Shown: in pieces, positions 54,771 through 64,000 of the stretch
Layout: the number at the start of each line of letters is the position of its first letter
Position numbering within the stretch: the first letter of the stretch is position 1
DNA from: a virus
Length of the DNA stretch: 64,000 nucleotides
IMG/VR virus record: IMGVR_UViG_3300025446_000004
Span: 1-64,000 of that record
Reading direction: 5' to 3' (one strand)
Program-made: the position numbers and the translations under genes
Notes under the pieces: model-generated
Seen by the model: only the letters and a program-made list of their open reading frames with translations
Told to the model about the DNA's origin: nothing
The model's database searches: none

Positions 54771-55457
54771 ATGCCAGAAAATATCGCAGTGCCGACACTC
54801 GGCCATGATTATTCGTTGATAGCTAATGCGGAATCACCGTTTGGTTTTATACCATTTATGTCACCTACCCCGACACCGGACAGCACTGTGCGTGTACGCT
54901 ATTGGGAAATGCCCCCAGAGATGAAACCGGTGCAAACAGAGTTTGAGTTTCCTCCTATAATTATGGACAAATGGAAAGACCTGAACACAAGCAGTCATAT
55001 GCGCCCATATTTGACTGCTGAAAGTTTACAGCAAAGGTTGGATTTAGCCGAACGGGCATTACGGATGTGTCTCCATAAGTTCGACGCCATTGCGTTCCAA
55101 GGCATGTCAGGGGCTTTTCTTGGGCCGCCGCTGGCCATGCGACTGCACAAAGATATGATTCTTGTCCGCAAGGATTGTGACGATTCTCATTCGGGACTGT
55201 CCTTTGAAGGTGTAAAATCATGCAGTCAATATGTAATTGTAGATGATTTTGCAAGTACAAAGAATACGATTCGACACATTGTAACAACTATATATAAACA
55301 TATGGGACCAGAGGTTAACTGTGCCGGTTTAATTCAAGTTGAGTACCTAAACGAAAATATTCTAAGGGACATTGCAATTGGGATATGCGATCCTTTTGAG
55401 TACACTAAAGATGTGAATGAAATTCTCGCTAACCTGAAATGCGGCATTGAGCCATGA
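54771..55457 (+). CDS. Type I phosphoribosyltransferase-like protein
   Basis: DAIAFQGMSG, ILVRK, YVIVDDFASTKNTI (PRPP-binding loop variant). Confidence 0.7.
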   Translation: MPENIAVPTLGHDYSLIANAESPFGFIPFMSPTPTPDSTVRVRYWEMPPEMKPVQTEFEFPPIIMDKWKDLNTSSHMRPYLTAESLQQRLDLAERALRMCLHKFDAIAFQGMSGAFLGPPLAMRLHKDMILVRKDCDDSHSGLSFEGVKSCSQYVIVDDFASTKNTIRHIVTTIYKHMGPEVNCAGLIQVEYLNENILRDIAIGICDPFEYTKDVNEILANLKCGIEP

Positions 55458-55702
55458 AAAAGAAAAAAGTTGTTGAAATTCCGCCTGAAATTCCGCAAGT
55501 GGGAGAGCTAGTTCGGTATTTTACCGAACAGGGTTGGCATATAGGAACGCTAGTTAAAAAGGTTGGCAAACGGTTTGTGATCAGTCCTGTTGCGGCGTAT
55601 CATAAAGTCAAAGGCAAGCGTTGGAATGTGTGGGTGCCATTGACAGATGTACAAAAATTACCGCCTCGTATGGCAAACTACAATACACCCGTGGAGTTGT
55701 AA
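55454..55702 (+). CDS. Small SH3/KOW-like protein
   Basis: PQVGELVRY...GTLVK pattern. Confidence 0.45.
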   Translation: MKKKKVVEIPPEIPQVGELVRYFTEQGWHIGTLVKKVGKRFVISPVAAYHKVKGKRWNVWVPLTDVQKLPPRMANYNTPVEL

Positions 55703-56986
55703 ATGAACGACCTTGACCAATTTGTTGACCGATTCTCTGGACTCTCAGAGGAATATAAGTTTTATGGCGGTACTGTCACGCTCCAATATGAGCCGAAGAG
55801 TCACACCTATTTTCTTGTGCGCCCGAATGGTGAGCTTGAGCCACAACAGGGTGTAACGTCTGTCTGCCATATTATCGACAAGAGTAAGCAGCTAATCCCG
55901 TGGGGCTGCAAGATGATGGCTGCTAAATTGTTAGCCAATATCCCAACCCAAGCTGTAACGGTTGGCTTGGGGAAAGAATTAGTCGATGGTGGTATAATTG
56001 TTCCTTCTATAGATTTTGCCGACTTTGAGCATTTGGTACTCGATGCTAAGACGGCCCATAAAGAAAAGTTGGAAGAGGCCGCTGAGCTTGGAAGCTTTGC
56101 TCATTCATGGGTAGAACGGTACATCAAATCTATCCTTGCAAACGGCCCGGACTCTGAAATCACACAAGAAATTCTTTCAAATTTCCCATTTGATGACCGA
56201 GTTAAGAATTGCTGCTATGCCGCGTTAGACTGGATGCGGAAACACAATGTCCGTTGGCTCAGTGCCGAACGGAAGATTTATAGCCGCAAGCATAAGTATG
56301 CTGGAACGGCTGACGGCTTTGCACTGGTTGATTCGTGCGATGATCCTGCGTGTTGCCCGGTAAAGTTCAAAGATCGATTCTCGAATGTCGATTGGAAATC
56401 ATCAAACTATCTTTATATTGAGTACATCCTCCAAGGGGCGGCGTATACAGCGGCCTATAACGAAGAATCATTATCTGATTACCTTGCGGCTGTAAACGGA
56501 TCACCAATCAATAGTTATATCGAGACACCATCGATGATTACAGATCGATGGGTAATCCGTCTTGGCAAAGAGGATGCCGAATTTGACCCGTGGCACTGTG
56601 AAGAGGGGACGTTTAAGGCCGACCTTAACGCCTTCCTAGAGGCGCTGGCTCTTAAGAATAGTGTGGAAGCCATTGAGAAACGCATGGACGCCTATACGAC
56701 CCTGCGGCGTGAGGCCAAGAAGCAAGCTAAGAAGGCCGCTACAGCAGCCGATAAGCAAAAAGCTAAAGAAGAAAAGGCTGCCAAGAAAACAGAAGCCAAG
56801 GCAAAGGCCAAAGAGGATTTAAAGATCAAATGCAAAGGTGCTGACCGGTATCGGGGCGTCAGGCGACCAACCTGTAATGACGGCAAAGGTTGTCAAACTT
56901 GTATAACAATATATCAGAATGCTCAGGCGGCTAAAAAAGTATCACAACATGCTGCTGCATCCAGTCTGTTGAGCCTATTGAAATGA
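55703..56986 (+). CDS. PD-(D/E)XK nuclease (phage exonuclease/Cas4-like)
   Basis: GVTSV, G..AH..VE, AE.KIY...YAGTAD, VDWKSS, QGAAY. Confidence 0.8.
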   Translation: MNDLDQFVDRFSGLSEEYKFYGGTVTLQYEPKSHTYFLVRPNGELEPQQGVTSVCHIIDKSKQLIPWGCKMMAAKLLANIPTQAVTVGLGKELVDGGIIVPSIDFADFEHLVLDAKTAHKEKLEEAAELGSFAHSWVERYIKSILANGPDSEITQEILSNFPFDDRVKNCCYAALDWMRKHNVRWLSAERKIYSRKHKYAGTADGFALVDSCDDPACCPVKFKDRFSNVDWKSSNYLYIEYILQGAAYTAAYNEESLSDYLAAVNGSPINSYIETPSMITDRWVIRLGKEDAEFDPWHCEEGTFKADLNAFLEALALKNSVEAIEKRMDAYTTLRREAKKQAKKAATAADKQKAKEEKAAKKTEAKAKAKEDLKIKCKGADRYRGVRRPTCNDGKGCQTCITIYQNAQAAKKVSQHAAASSLLSLLK

Positions 56987-57273
56987 GTTACATGCACGAG
57001 CAAGTTGGGCGATGTGATCCGGGTCGCTTGGCTCGATGGGCCAAAAAGCGTCGTGTCACTAGGTGCCTTTTTAATTTCTTTTTTGGAATTGAATCAGAAA
57101 TACCGTTGTGTTGTGTCATTGAGTATACTATACGAAATGCTGGGCATCCAATTAAAAGTTTTTGTGTAGGAAATAACGCATGTCATGCAAATTTTGCACA
57201 CTGTTGGTTCCACAGAAGATATGAGCATTTTCACGTGGTCCCGCGAGATTATGTAACTTCTTCTATGCTTTAA
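56983..57273 (+). CDS. Cys/His-rich hypothetical protein
   Basis: ATGA-coupled ORF. Confidence 0.45.
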   Translation: MSYMHEQVGRCDPGRLARWAKKRRVTRCLFNFFFGIESEIPLCCVIEYTIRNAGHPIKSFCVGNNACHANFAHCWFHRRYEHFHVVPRDYVTSSML

Positions 57274-57622
57274 CCATAACAAATGGAGGAACAAATGTTC
57301 ATGCTCTGGAACTTCTTAGGTAATCTGGCTGCACAGGTATTATATGTGGTCCTGTTAATCATTGCGTCCCTAGTCGGGATTGCCATCTGCATTGCGTTTC
57401 CGTTCCTTATTATGGTAATTCTATTGGTTTTATTCGTGTTCCATAGGGAGTAGAAAAAATGCAGGAACGATGGGTACGCACAGAGGATTTAAGAATCGTG
57501 GCTAGAAAGCGTAAATGGGTACCTGCATGGTTGTGGATAAACATTATAGCTTTCTACAAGTTGTATGAAATATGGCCGCTTGGTTGGATGTGCTGCTGCA
57601 TCCGAAATTGGTAATTCTTAAC

Positions 57623-57651
57623 TTGACAACCGACCTGAAATGTGTTATAGT
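57623..57651 (+). promoter_or_regulatory. Sigma70-type promoter
   Basis: TTGACA-17-TATAGT with TG extension. Confidence 0.75.
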
Positions 57652-57712
57652 AATGCTGTATAGTGGAAAAAGGCAGGTACTCAGTGCCTAGCCTGTGGAA
57701 GCAAGGAGAAAC

Positions 57713-58570
57713 ATGAGCACTGCTCTTACAATCCCGAGTGGGGATACCGCGCTGGCTACCGTTCAAGAAGGGGGCCGTGGTATTGACTTCGGCGCGAGGA
57801 TTTTCAAACTTCGGCCATCAACATTAACAATTGTTCAACCAAACAGTCAAGCCGAAGGTGCAATCAAGGGCAAGCTTCGTATCTCTCAGACCGGTGACCA
57901 GTACGATGAATTGGAAATGGTTCTTCTGAGTATGCCTGTTGAGCGTCGAGCCTACTACTTCGGCAAGCCGGGAGAGCTAAACCGGACTCCTGAGAACCTT
58001 ATGTGCGCTTGTTCCTTGGTGATCCGTGATCGGAATGGTAAGGAACTGAGCGGCCCGGATGAGGGCGTTCGTGTTCCGGGGGCACTGAAATGCGCTAGTT
58101 GCCCCAAGGGTGACTGGTCCAAGTACCGGCAGACACATGAGCGCGAGGATATTCCACCTTGTGACCTGTTCTATCGTGGACTCTTCCTTGATACACAGTA
58201 CCAACTACCGCTGCAATGGTATCTCCGCAGTACGGCTAAGACAGCGTTCGAGGGAGGCATGGCTAACCTATCACGCAAGTTTGTCATGATGAAGGCTAAG
58301 GGTCTGAACCCAAACATCTACGATGTGAGCTTCAAGGTCACAACGAAGAAACAGCAAAAAGGCAATCTGCTTACCTATGTGCCGGTATTCAGTGACTTCA
58401 CCCTGTTGTCACCAGAATCAATCGAAAAGTTCGGTGAAGTCTATCAGCAATTTGTTGGTTTCGCTGAGAGCGCGGACGATGGTGATGTAGTGGACCCGGT
58501 AGCACAAACTGAAACGGCTATAAACGATCAAGTGGGTGGGGAAGATTCAAGCGCACCCATTGAAATCTAA
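57713..58570 (+). CDS. Putative ssDNA-binding/annealing protein
   Basis: C...CASC...C zinc module, acidic C-terminal tail, near the exonuclease; AAGGAG RBS. Confidence 0.6.
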   Translation: MSTALTIPSGDTALATVQEGGRGIDFGARIFKLRPSTLTIVQPNSQAEGAIKGKLRISQTGDQYDELEMVLLSMPVERRAYYFGKPGELNRTPENLMCACSLVIRDRNGKELSGPDEGVRVPGALKCASCPKGDWSKYRQTHEREDIPPCDLFYRGLFLDTQYQLPLQWYLRSTAKTAFEGGMANLSRKFVMMKAKGLNPNIYDVSFKVTTKKQQKGNLLTYVPVFSDFTLLSPESIEKFGEVYQQFVGFAESADDGDVVDPVAQTETAINDQVGGEDSSAPIEI

Positions 58571-58776
58571 CGGAAGTGATGGGTTGCGTTGGCGCATCCC
58601 TTAACGGCTGACCTAATACTTAGGGAACTCATGGCACCAAAAACCTGTAGTGGAATCGCCATTGTAGAAATGCCGGTGTAACAGTTGGGCCAATGACTGC
58701 CGGGAAAGACCGGCGCTTTTTCCCATGTGTAGCGGCTGTGGTAAGCATGGGTTTATGGCGCAGCCTCCGGGATCGT

Positions 58777-58816
58777 AGGAACCGTAGCGATCAGGACATA
58801 CCCACGGTTCCTTTTT
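58777..58816 (+). terminator. Rho-independent terminator-like hairpin
   Basis: AGGAACCGT...ACGGTTCCT followed by TTTT. Confidence 0.5.
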
Positions 58817-58834
58817 GTTAGACTAGGGGGAGCT

Positions 58835-60016
58835 TTGCACCTATATTCTTATCTGGATATTGCCAAACTGGAACGGCACATTAAAGACGGCCTGGTGACA
58901 GTGAATCACCACAAGACACTACCTCTCCGTCAATTCACATACACCCGTGCAACAATTTTAGAAAACAAGTGGGACGATGTGACCACTAAGTGCCGTGGTC
59001 TGATTGTTGGGCCGAATCAAAAAATCATTGCACGTCCATTTGAGAAGTTTTTCAATTTCCAGACAAGTTATCGACCTGAGACGCATCTTGCCAATATGCC
59101 AAAAACACTACCCATTGTTACAGAAAAAATCGATGGTAGTCTTGGCATATTATATCATTTTCCAGAGACATTTTATTGGAAGATAGAGAATGGAAAAGAG
59201 CCAACAAAAATTGGCGATAATTATACAGGCATTGCTACCAAAGGATCATTTCATTCTGACCATGCGGTATGGGCAACTCTTCATTACTTGAGCCAATATA
59301 AATATGCAAAATGGCCCGTAGGATACACACCACTTTTTGAGATTATCAACGAACAGATACAGCACCACATTATCCACTATGGTTGTCCCGGTAAGCTCGT
59401 GTTGATTGGATTGGTTAACAACGAAACCGGGGAAGAGGCTGACTACAACACGTGCTATTTTTGGGCCAAGCGCAACGGCATGGAGCTTGTAGATATTTAT
59501 GGAAAAACTGTGGAAGAGGTTTGTACAGAAGATCGAATCAACCATGAAGGCTATGTTTTGACATGGACGAGAACCGGCGAGTCACCACTTAAACTCAAGG
59601 TCAAGCATGAGAATTTTTTAGCTATGCAAGCAATCGTTCACAATGCTACTCCCAAGGCTATTCTAGCGGCCCTTGAGGATGAGAGATACGAACAGATCAA
59701 AGAGTGGACCACAACAGTAACGGGACCAGTGACGAATTGGATTCAAGGTTGGGTAACCCGGCTGACAGAAGCATTCAATACAACTTACGCCAAAGCGTAT
59801 CATCTGTATTTAGACACAGGGTACGTAGCACGAATTCGTAAAGAGTTTGCTGAAATCGTGATCGGAAAAGCGCCAGAATTGGCAAACATTTGTTTTGCCC
59901 TTCTTGACCGAAAAAAGTATAAAACAGCAGTCTGGAAAGTTGTCAAAGAACAGTTTAAAAACCAACTGGCGCAGCCATTCACCACGAGTACAGAAGTAGA
60001 CGAGGAGTTGGAATAG
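58835..60016 (+). CDS. RNA ligase, T4 Rnl1 family
   Basis: CRGL, ARPFEKFFN, motif I TEKIDGSLG, FEII, EGYV, KLKVK. Confidence 0.9.
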   Translation: MHLYSYLDIAKLERHIKDGLVTVNHHKTLPLRQFTYTRATILENKWDDVTTKCRGLIVGPNQKIIARPFEKFFNFQTSYRPETHLANMPKTLPIVTEKIDGSLGILYHFPETFYWKIENGKEPTKIGDNYTGIATKGSFHSDHAVWATLHYLSQYKYAKWPVGYTPLFEIINEQIQHHIIHYGCPGKLVLIGLVNNETGEEADYNTCYFWAKRNGMELVDIYGKTVEEVCTEDRINHEGYVLTWTRTGESPLKLKVKHENFLAMQAIVHNATPKAILAALEDERYEQIKEWTTTVTGPVTNWIQGWVTRLTEAFNTTYAKAYHLYLDTGYVARIRKEFAEIVIGKAPELANICFALLDRKKYKTAVWKVVKEQFKNQLAQPFTTSTEVDEELE

Positions 60017-60424
60017 ATGCTAAAAGTTTATTTGGCAGCGCGGTATGACCGTAAAGAGGAAATGAAGGCTTATCGTGAGATTTTACAACGTGACCACAAT
60101 GTAAAGGTTACCTCAAACTGGCTCGATGAGCCAACTAGTCCAAGCAGCAACATGGGAGAAGAGACAGATATATTCTATACTATGACAGCCTGTAAAGACC
60201 TTATGGACGTTGATGCTGCTCATGTGGTGATCTTCTTTAGTGAAAACCCATTGCAAAGATGGAAGCGCGGTGGGCGACACGTTGAGTTTGGTTATGCACT
60301 GCGGGCTGACAAAACTATTTGGGTAGTAGGTCCAAAGGAAAATGTTTTCCACTATCGACCACGAGTGCATCATTTTGAAACTTTTGAAGAATTAGTAGAA
60401 AAAAAGTTATCGAGGAAGAAATAA
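60017..60424 (+). CDS. Nucleoside 2-deoxyribosyltransferase-like protein
   Basis: KVYLAA...DL.DV..A...GRHVEFGYAL...K. Confidence 0.7.
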   Translation: MLKVYLAARYDRKEEMKAYREILQRDHNVKVTSNWLDEPTSPSSNMGEETDIFYTMTACKDLMDVDAAHVVIFFSENPLQRWKRGGRHVEFGYALRADKTIWVVGPKENVFHYRPRVHHFETFEELVEKKLSRKK

Positions 60425-61131
60425 TGGACGAAATTGTTTTGGTAGGCGAGGCTGTAGCCGGTGAGTCAGCAGCGGCCCGAAAGAAACTTGAATCCCTGAT
60501 TAACGCTGCAACTCAAAATCTGTTCGATATTGGCGAACAATTTTTTAAAGTAAAAGACGGCAAGCTGTACCAGCCTGAGTTCAATACCTTTAGAGATTAT
60601 ATTCGCAGTTTGAAATTCAAGGAGAGCCGGGCACGGTATCTTGTGCGCATCTTTGAAGTTACCAAAGAACTTAAGATACCGAAATGCAAGTATGAACCCT
60701 TGGGTACTACGCGCATGAGGGAGATCACATCGCTGGACCCCAAGGGCGAATGGATCAATCCGGAGAACGGTGACAAGTACGCCATCAAGGACTTCATCTT
60801 GAAGTTTATTCAGGCCGGTGAAACCATTTCAATAGACGACTTGCGCCGTCACGTCCGAACACTTAAAGGTTTGATTGGCGAGAACGATTTGATGCATATA
60901 ACGTTCACACTTAAGCGCATTGGGTATGAAAATAATCTTCGCCCGGCGCTTGAAAAAGTGAAGCTACTCATGGGCACGAAGCCCAAAGACGAAGAGGGCA
61001 ATGCAGAGCTACCGAGTGATGGGGCTGCTCTTGAAATCATGGCAATTATCATCAACGCTGACGAAACACTGACACTTGAAAAGTTTGAAACGTTACCGGA
61101 CCCGGAGGAGAAAAATGAAGCGACTGTTTAA
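60424..61131 (+). CDS. Hypothetical (possibly DNA-binding) protein
   Basis: IG..F..VKD.KLY...F.TF.DY helical motif. Confidence 0.6.
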   Translation: MDEIVLVGEAVAGESAAARKKLESLINAATQNLFDIGEQFFKVKDGKLYQPEFNTFRDYIRSLKFKESRARYLVRIFEVTKELKIPKCKYEPLGTTRMREITSLDPKGEWINPENGDKYAIKDFILKFIQAGETISIDDLRRHVRTLKGLIGENDLMHITFTLKRIGYENNLRPALEKVKLLMGTKPKDEEGNAELPSDGAALEIMAIIINADETLTLEKFETLPDPEEKNEATV

Positions 61132-61324
61132 AAATTTCATCAAAACCTTTATTGCCAAACATACCGGGTTCATTTATAATGGACCCGATGTTCACAACAA
61201 CAAAGGGGGCTTTGGCTTTTTGTTCTATTCGGTTGATAGCCCATCGGTCTATGATCCTGCCCGTATAGCTAAAACGCTGGCATGGATTATTGTCGGGAGT
61301 CACGTCTACAAGTTTAGCAAGTAG
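61115..61324 (+). CDS. Hypothetical protein
   Basis: GGAGGAG RBS. Confidence 0.5.
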   Translation: MKRLFKNFIKTFIAKHTGFIYNGPDVHNNKGGFGFLFYSVDSPSVYDPARIAKTLAWIIVGSHVYKFSK

Positions 61325-61330
61325 GGACAA

Positions 61331-61513
61331 ATGAGACACCAGCTTAATATATTGTTATGGAAACTAGGCGGTGCGTTTGTTCCCTTCATGGCGTTGTTGG
61401 TGGTGCCTGTCTATGGAAGCATGATCCTGAATATAGGATTGATTGCTTCGGTAATCATTTGGGCCAATACTGCCGGATATTTGGAGGGCAGAAATGCCGA
61501 AAAGAAAAATTGA
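61331..61513 (+). CDS. Small membrane protein
   Basis: Two hydrophobic segments. Confidence 0.5.
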   Translation: MRHQLNILLWKLGGAFVPFMALLVVPVYGSMILNIGLIASVIIWANTAGYLEGRNAEKKN

Positions 61514-61781
61514 ACCATTGGGTTATCATCTTCTTGGAAACCTAGTCGATGCAAATAATATCCGTATGGCTGTCCTTGAAGTTGAACCAGATTTGACCGA
61601 TGTAATTCCACGTGTACCTGCAGCTGTACGCGATGATTTTGGCCGTGTAGGGGTTTTAATGAGCACTGCTCCAATTACTTATCGATGGGTTGGAAAAGTG
61701 ACAAAAGCAAAAGCAATTGAGTGTTTTGCACCAAAGGGAAAAAAAGTTTCCGCTGCTGTTGCGAAAAAGAAAATGGCATAG
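61494..61781 (+). CDS. Hypothetical protein
   Basis: GGAGG RBS, 95 aa. Confidence 0.55.
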   Translation: MPKRKIEPLGYHLLGNLVDANNIRMAVLEVEPDLTDVIPRVPAAVRDDFGRVGVLMSTAPITYRWVGKVTKAKAIECFAPKGKKVSAAVAKKKMA

Positions 61782-61797
61782 TGGACAGGAGGAACAA

Positions 61798-61944
61798 ATG
61801 CCGTTACTTAAAGGTAAGTCGCGTGGCGTAATGAGCCACAACTACAAGGTCGAGCGGGCCGCTGGCAAGCCAAAAAGGCAAGCCATTGCGATCATGCTTA
61901 ACAAAGCTGGCGTCAAAAAGGCAAAGAAAAAGAAGAGGCGCTAA
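61798..61944 (+). CDS. Small basic phage protein
   Basis: MPLLKGKS...GKPKRQAIAIML; AGGAGG RBS. Confidence 0.6.
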   Translation: MPLLKGKSRGVMSHNYKVERAAGKPKRQAIAIMLNKAGVKKAKKKKRR

Positions 61945-62408
61945 TGAATCCATGGTACGGATTTGACCTAGATGGAACCCTTGCAACCTATGATGGATGG
62001 AAGGGTCCGCATCATATTGGAGAACCAATTCCGACTACAATTGCCCGACTTAAGGAACGTCTTAGGTTAGGTCAGGAAGTCCGTATTTTTACGGCTCGCG
62101 TAGCACCGCCTGATCCAATACTATCTTCGGAACAGTTCGCTCGTCGTTCGGAAGAGGTAAAAATAGCGTACTATGAAATTAAAAAGTGGTGCCTCAAGTA
62201 CATTGGAAAGGTGCTGCCAATTACTTACCAAAAGGACTTTGGCATGGTGAACCTTGAAGATGATCGCTGCACCCAACTTGAACCCAATACTGGCCGTTTA
62301 GCTACAGAGGTTTCCTATCTCAAGGGCTTCGGTGATGGTATGTTAGCAGCACAAAATACGGAACAATTACACCATGACTTTGAAGAGGCAGTTAGGATTG
62401 CCGACTGA
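61944..62408 (+). CDS. HAD-family phosphatase (polynucleotide phosphatase-like)
   Basis: FDLDGTLA, IFTAR, K, EDDR motifs. Confidence 0.8.
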   Translation: MNPWYGFDLDGTLATYDGWKGPHHIGEPIPTTIARLKERLRLGQEVRIFTARVAPPDPILSSEQFARRSEEVKIAYYEIKKWCLKYIGKVLPITYQKDFGMVNLEDDRCTQLEPNTGRLATEVSYLKGFGDGMLAAQNTEQLHHDFEEAVRIAD

Positions 62409-62658
62409 GCTATCTACAGCATGTTTTAAACGGGATGGGTATCGTTGCCGACACTGTGGGGATTCAAATGGGCTGCATCCGCACCATGTGATCTATAGAA
62501 GTCATGGCGGTGCAGATGAACTAAACAACTTACTCACACTCTGTTGGAGTTGCCACAGAGGTACTCACGATGGGAGCCTGAAAATTGAAGTTTTGTCTTT
62601 ACTGGAAACTAATTTGGTAGTAAAATTCACACGGATTGGAAAATGGATACCAAAATAA
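62374..62658 (+). CDS. HNH endonuclease
   Basis: RDGYRCRHCG...HHVIYRSHGG...NLLTLCWSCH. Confidence 0.85.
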   Translation: MTLKRQLGLPTELSTACFKRDGYRCRHCGDSNGLHPHHVIYRSHGGADELNNLLTLCWSCHRGTHDGSLKIEVLSLLETNLVVKFTRIGKWIPK

Positions 62659-63173
62659 AAACATGCACTAGGTGCAAAAATCTAAGAAATTTTCACAATT
62701 TTACAAGTATACCGGGAGCACTGCGAGGCGCTCAATTTGCAAGAACTGTTACAAAAAACTCAATAAATTGTGGAGAAAAAAGAATCGAAAACAAAGATTG
62801 CTGTATGACAGGCAATACAGACGAGCACACAGCAACCGGATAAATGAAACACGTCGTATACGAGATGCCAACAATCCAGCACAAAAAATGCTTATATGGG
62901 CTAAACGTAGGGCAAAAAAAAATTGGCGTTTCATTTTCTCTAACGAGTGGTGATATTTTTATACCAAAAGTTTGCCCGGTCCTTGGTATACCTTTATTTG
63001 TTGGAAAAGGAAAGCAAGGTCCAAATTCTCCTAGTCTTGACCGTATTGATTCAAAATTAGGATACATGTCGGATAACGTTATGGTAATATCGTATAAAGC
63101 AAACGCGATGAAGCAAAACGCTAGTAAAGAAGAGTTGCTTTTATTTGCTGATTGGGTATACCAGAATGTTTGA
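62643..63173 (+). pseudogene. HNH-like homing endonuclease broken by two frameshifts (paralogue of 6021..6506)
   Basis: KTCTRCK / KSKKFSQFY...WAKRRAKK / IGVSFSL...CPVLG...SPSLDRIDS lie in three frame segments joined at A-runs. Confidence 0.65.
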
Positions 63174-64000
63174 GGATCGTCCATATCAAACAGAGGCAAA
63201 AGATGCCGTATACTCCGGTGTCAAGGCTGGTGTGTTTAAACAACTTGTCGAAATGGCTACCGGTACTGGCAAAACTATTGTATTTGCAAAGCTTTATGAA
63301 CATTTAAAGCCGTTGCTTCCCGGTAAAATGTTGGTGTTGGCCCACCGAGAAGAGTTGATCGACCAGAACATTGAGAAACTAAGGCTAACCAACCCATCCC
63401 TCCGAGTAGACAAAGAGAAAGCAGAGCATCACGCAGACCCGGCCAACGCTGACATTGTAGTGGCTTCTGTGGCGACGTTAGGGCGTAAGGGTACCAAGAG
63501 GCTGGAATCCTACGACTGGTCGCAATTTGACAAGATTGTGGTCGATGAGGCTCATCATTCTACAGCCCCTAGCTATACAAATATCCTTGAGGCGATTGGA
63601 GTCTTAGCGGACGACAATAAACGACTGCTTTTAGGGGTCACGGCAACTGGTCGAAGGGGCGACGGGCAACCTTTAGCGAAGGTTTACAAGAAGATAACCT
63701 ATCACTATCCGCTACGGAAAGCCATTGAAGATGGTTGGCTAGTTGAACTTCGTGGATATAAAGTTAGTACAACTGCTTCCTTAGATGGTATTAAGATTGT
63801 AGCCGGTGATTATGACCAAAGAGAACTGGCAAACACTGTTGACACCCCCGAACGCAACCAGACAGTTTTAGATGCATGGCTTAAATATGGGGAAAATCGG
63901 CAGACCATAGGGTTTACGGTGAGTATAGAACATGCCAAGAATCTTGCGGCCATGTTCCAGCAACACAGCGTAAAAGCCGAGGCTATTTGGGGTGATGATC
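63166..64000 (+). CDS. Superfamily 2 DEAH helicase, truncated by window edge
   Basis: Not in ORF track. MFEDRPYQ, MATGTGKT, VVDEAHH, LGVTAT motifs; open to the end of the window. Confidence 0.9.
   Translation, partial: MFEDRPYQTEAKDAVYSGVKAGVFKQLVEMATGTGKTIVFAKLYEHLKPLLPGKMLVLAHREELIDQNIEKLRLTNPSLRVDKEKAEHHADPANADIVVASVATLGRKGTKRLESYDWSQFDKIVVDEAHHSTAPSYTNILEAIGVLADDNKRLLLGVTATGRRGDGQPLAKVYKKITYHYPLRKAIEDGWLVELRGYKVSTTASLDGIKIVAGDYDQRELANTVDTPERNQTVLDAWLKYGENRQTIGFTVSIEHAKNLAAMFQQHSVKAEAIWGDD

Noticed and set aside
55703-56986. Cas4 as part of a CRISPR-Cas locus
   Set aside because: Stand-alone phage PD-(D/E)XK nuclease near an SSB-like gene; no other cas genes or array
1-64000. Genome-wide stop-codon recoding
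   Set aside because: Long genes are intact in the standard code and TGA/TAG end normal genes; only one isolated in-frame TGA was noticed

Overview
A 64 kb stretch of a tailed dsDNA bacteriophage genome; the host cannot be determined from the sequence. (1) 1-27.0 kb, minus strand: virion and packaging genes. These include tail/fibre proteins, a major capsid gene split by a group I intron carrying an endonuclease-VII homing endonuclease, a scaffold, a portal, and a large terminase with a LAGLIDADG intein. Accessory enzymes here are a trypsin-like protease, a dual-specificity phosphatase, a JAB/MPN protein and a Tlde1-like protein. (2) 27.6-36.3 kb, plus strand: family A DNA polymerase, a cluster of structured RNAs (one tRNA-like RNA and one fMet-like tRNA), a phosphoesterase and small genes. 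(3) 36.4-45.3 kb: a compositionally distinct island. Two non-coding blocks packed with a strand-polar GGCGGCCC motif and operator-like palindromes bracket an operon of Ycf46-like AAA ATPase, DUF1257, DUF2997, radical SAM and DUF3150-like genes. A perfect parS palindrome lies just left of the first block. The ATPase has its Walker B segment placed before Walker A. This island is my best candidate for an undescribed system. (4) 45.4-64 kb, plus strand: early/middle genes including a circularly permuted tmRNA with a 27-codon tag, a FimB-like tyrosine recombinase, repeat-protein paralogues, a PD-(D/E)XK nuclease, an RNA ligase and an SF2 helicase. All family calls come from motif recognition by eye and all counts are manual; no database searches were run.
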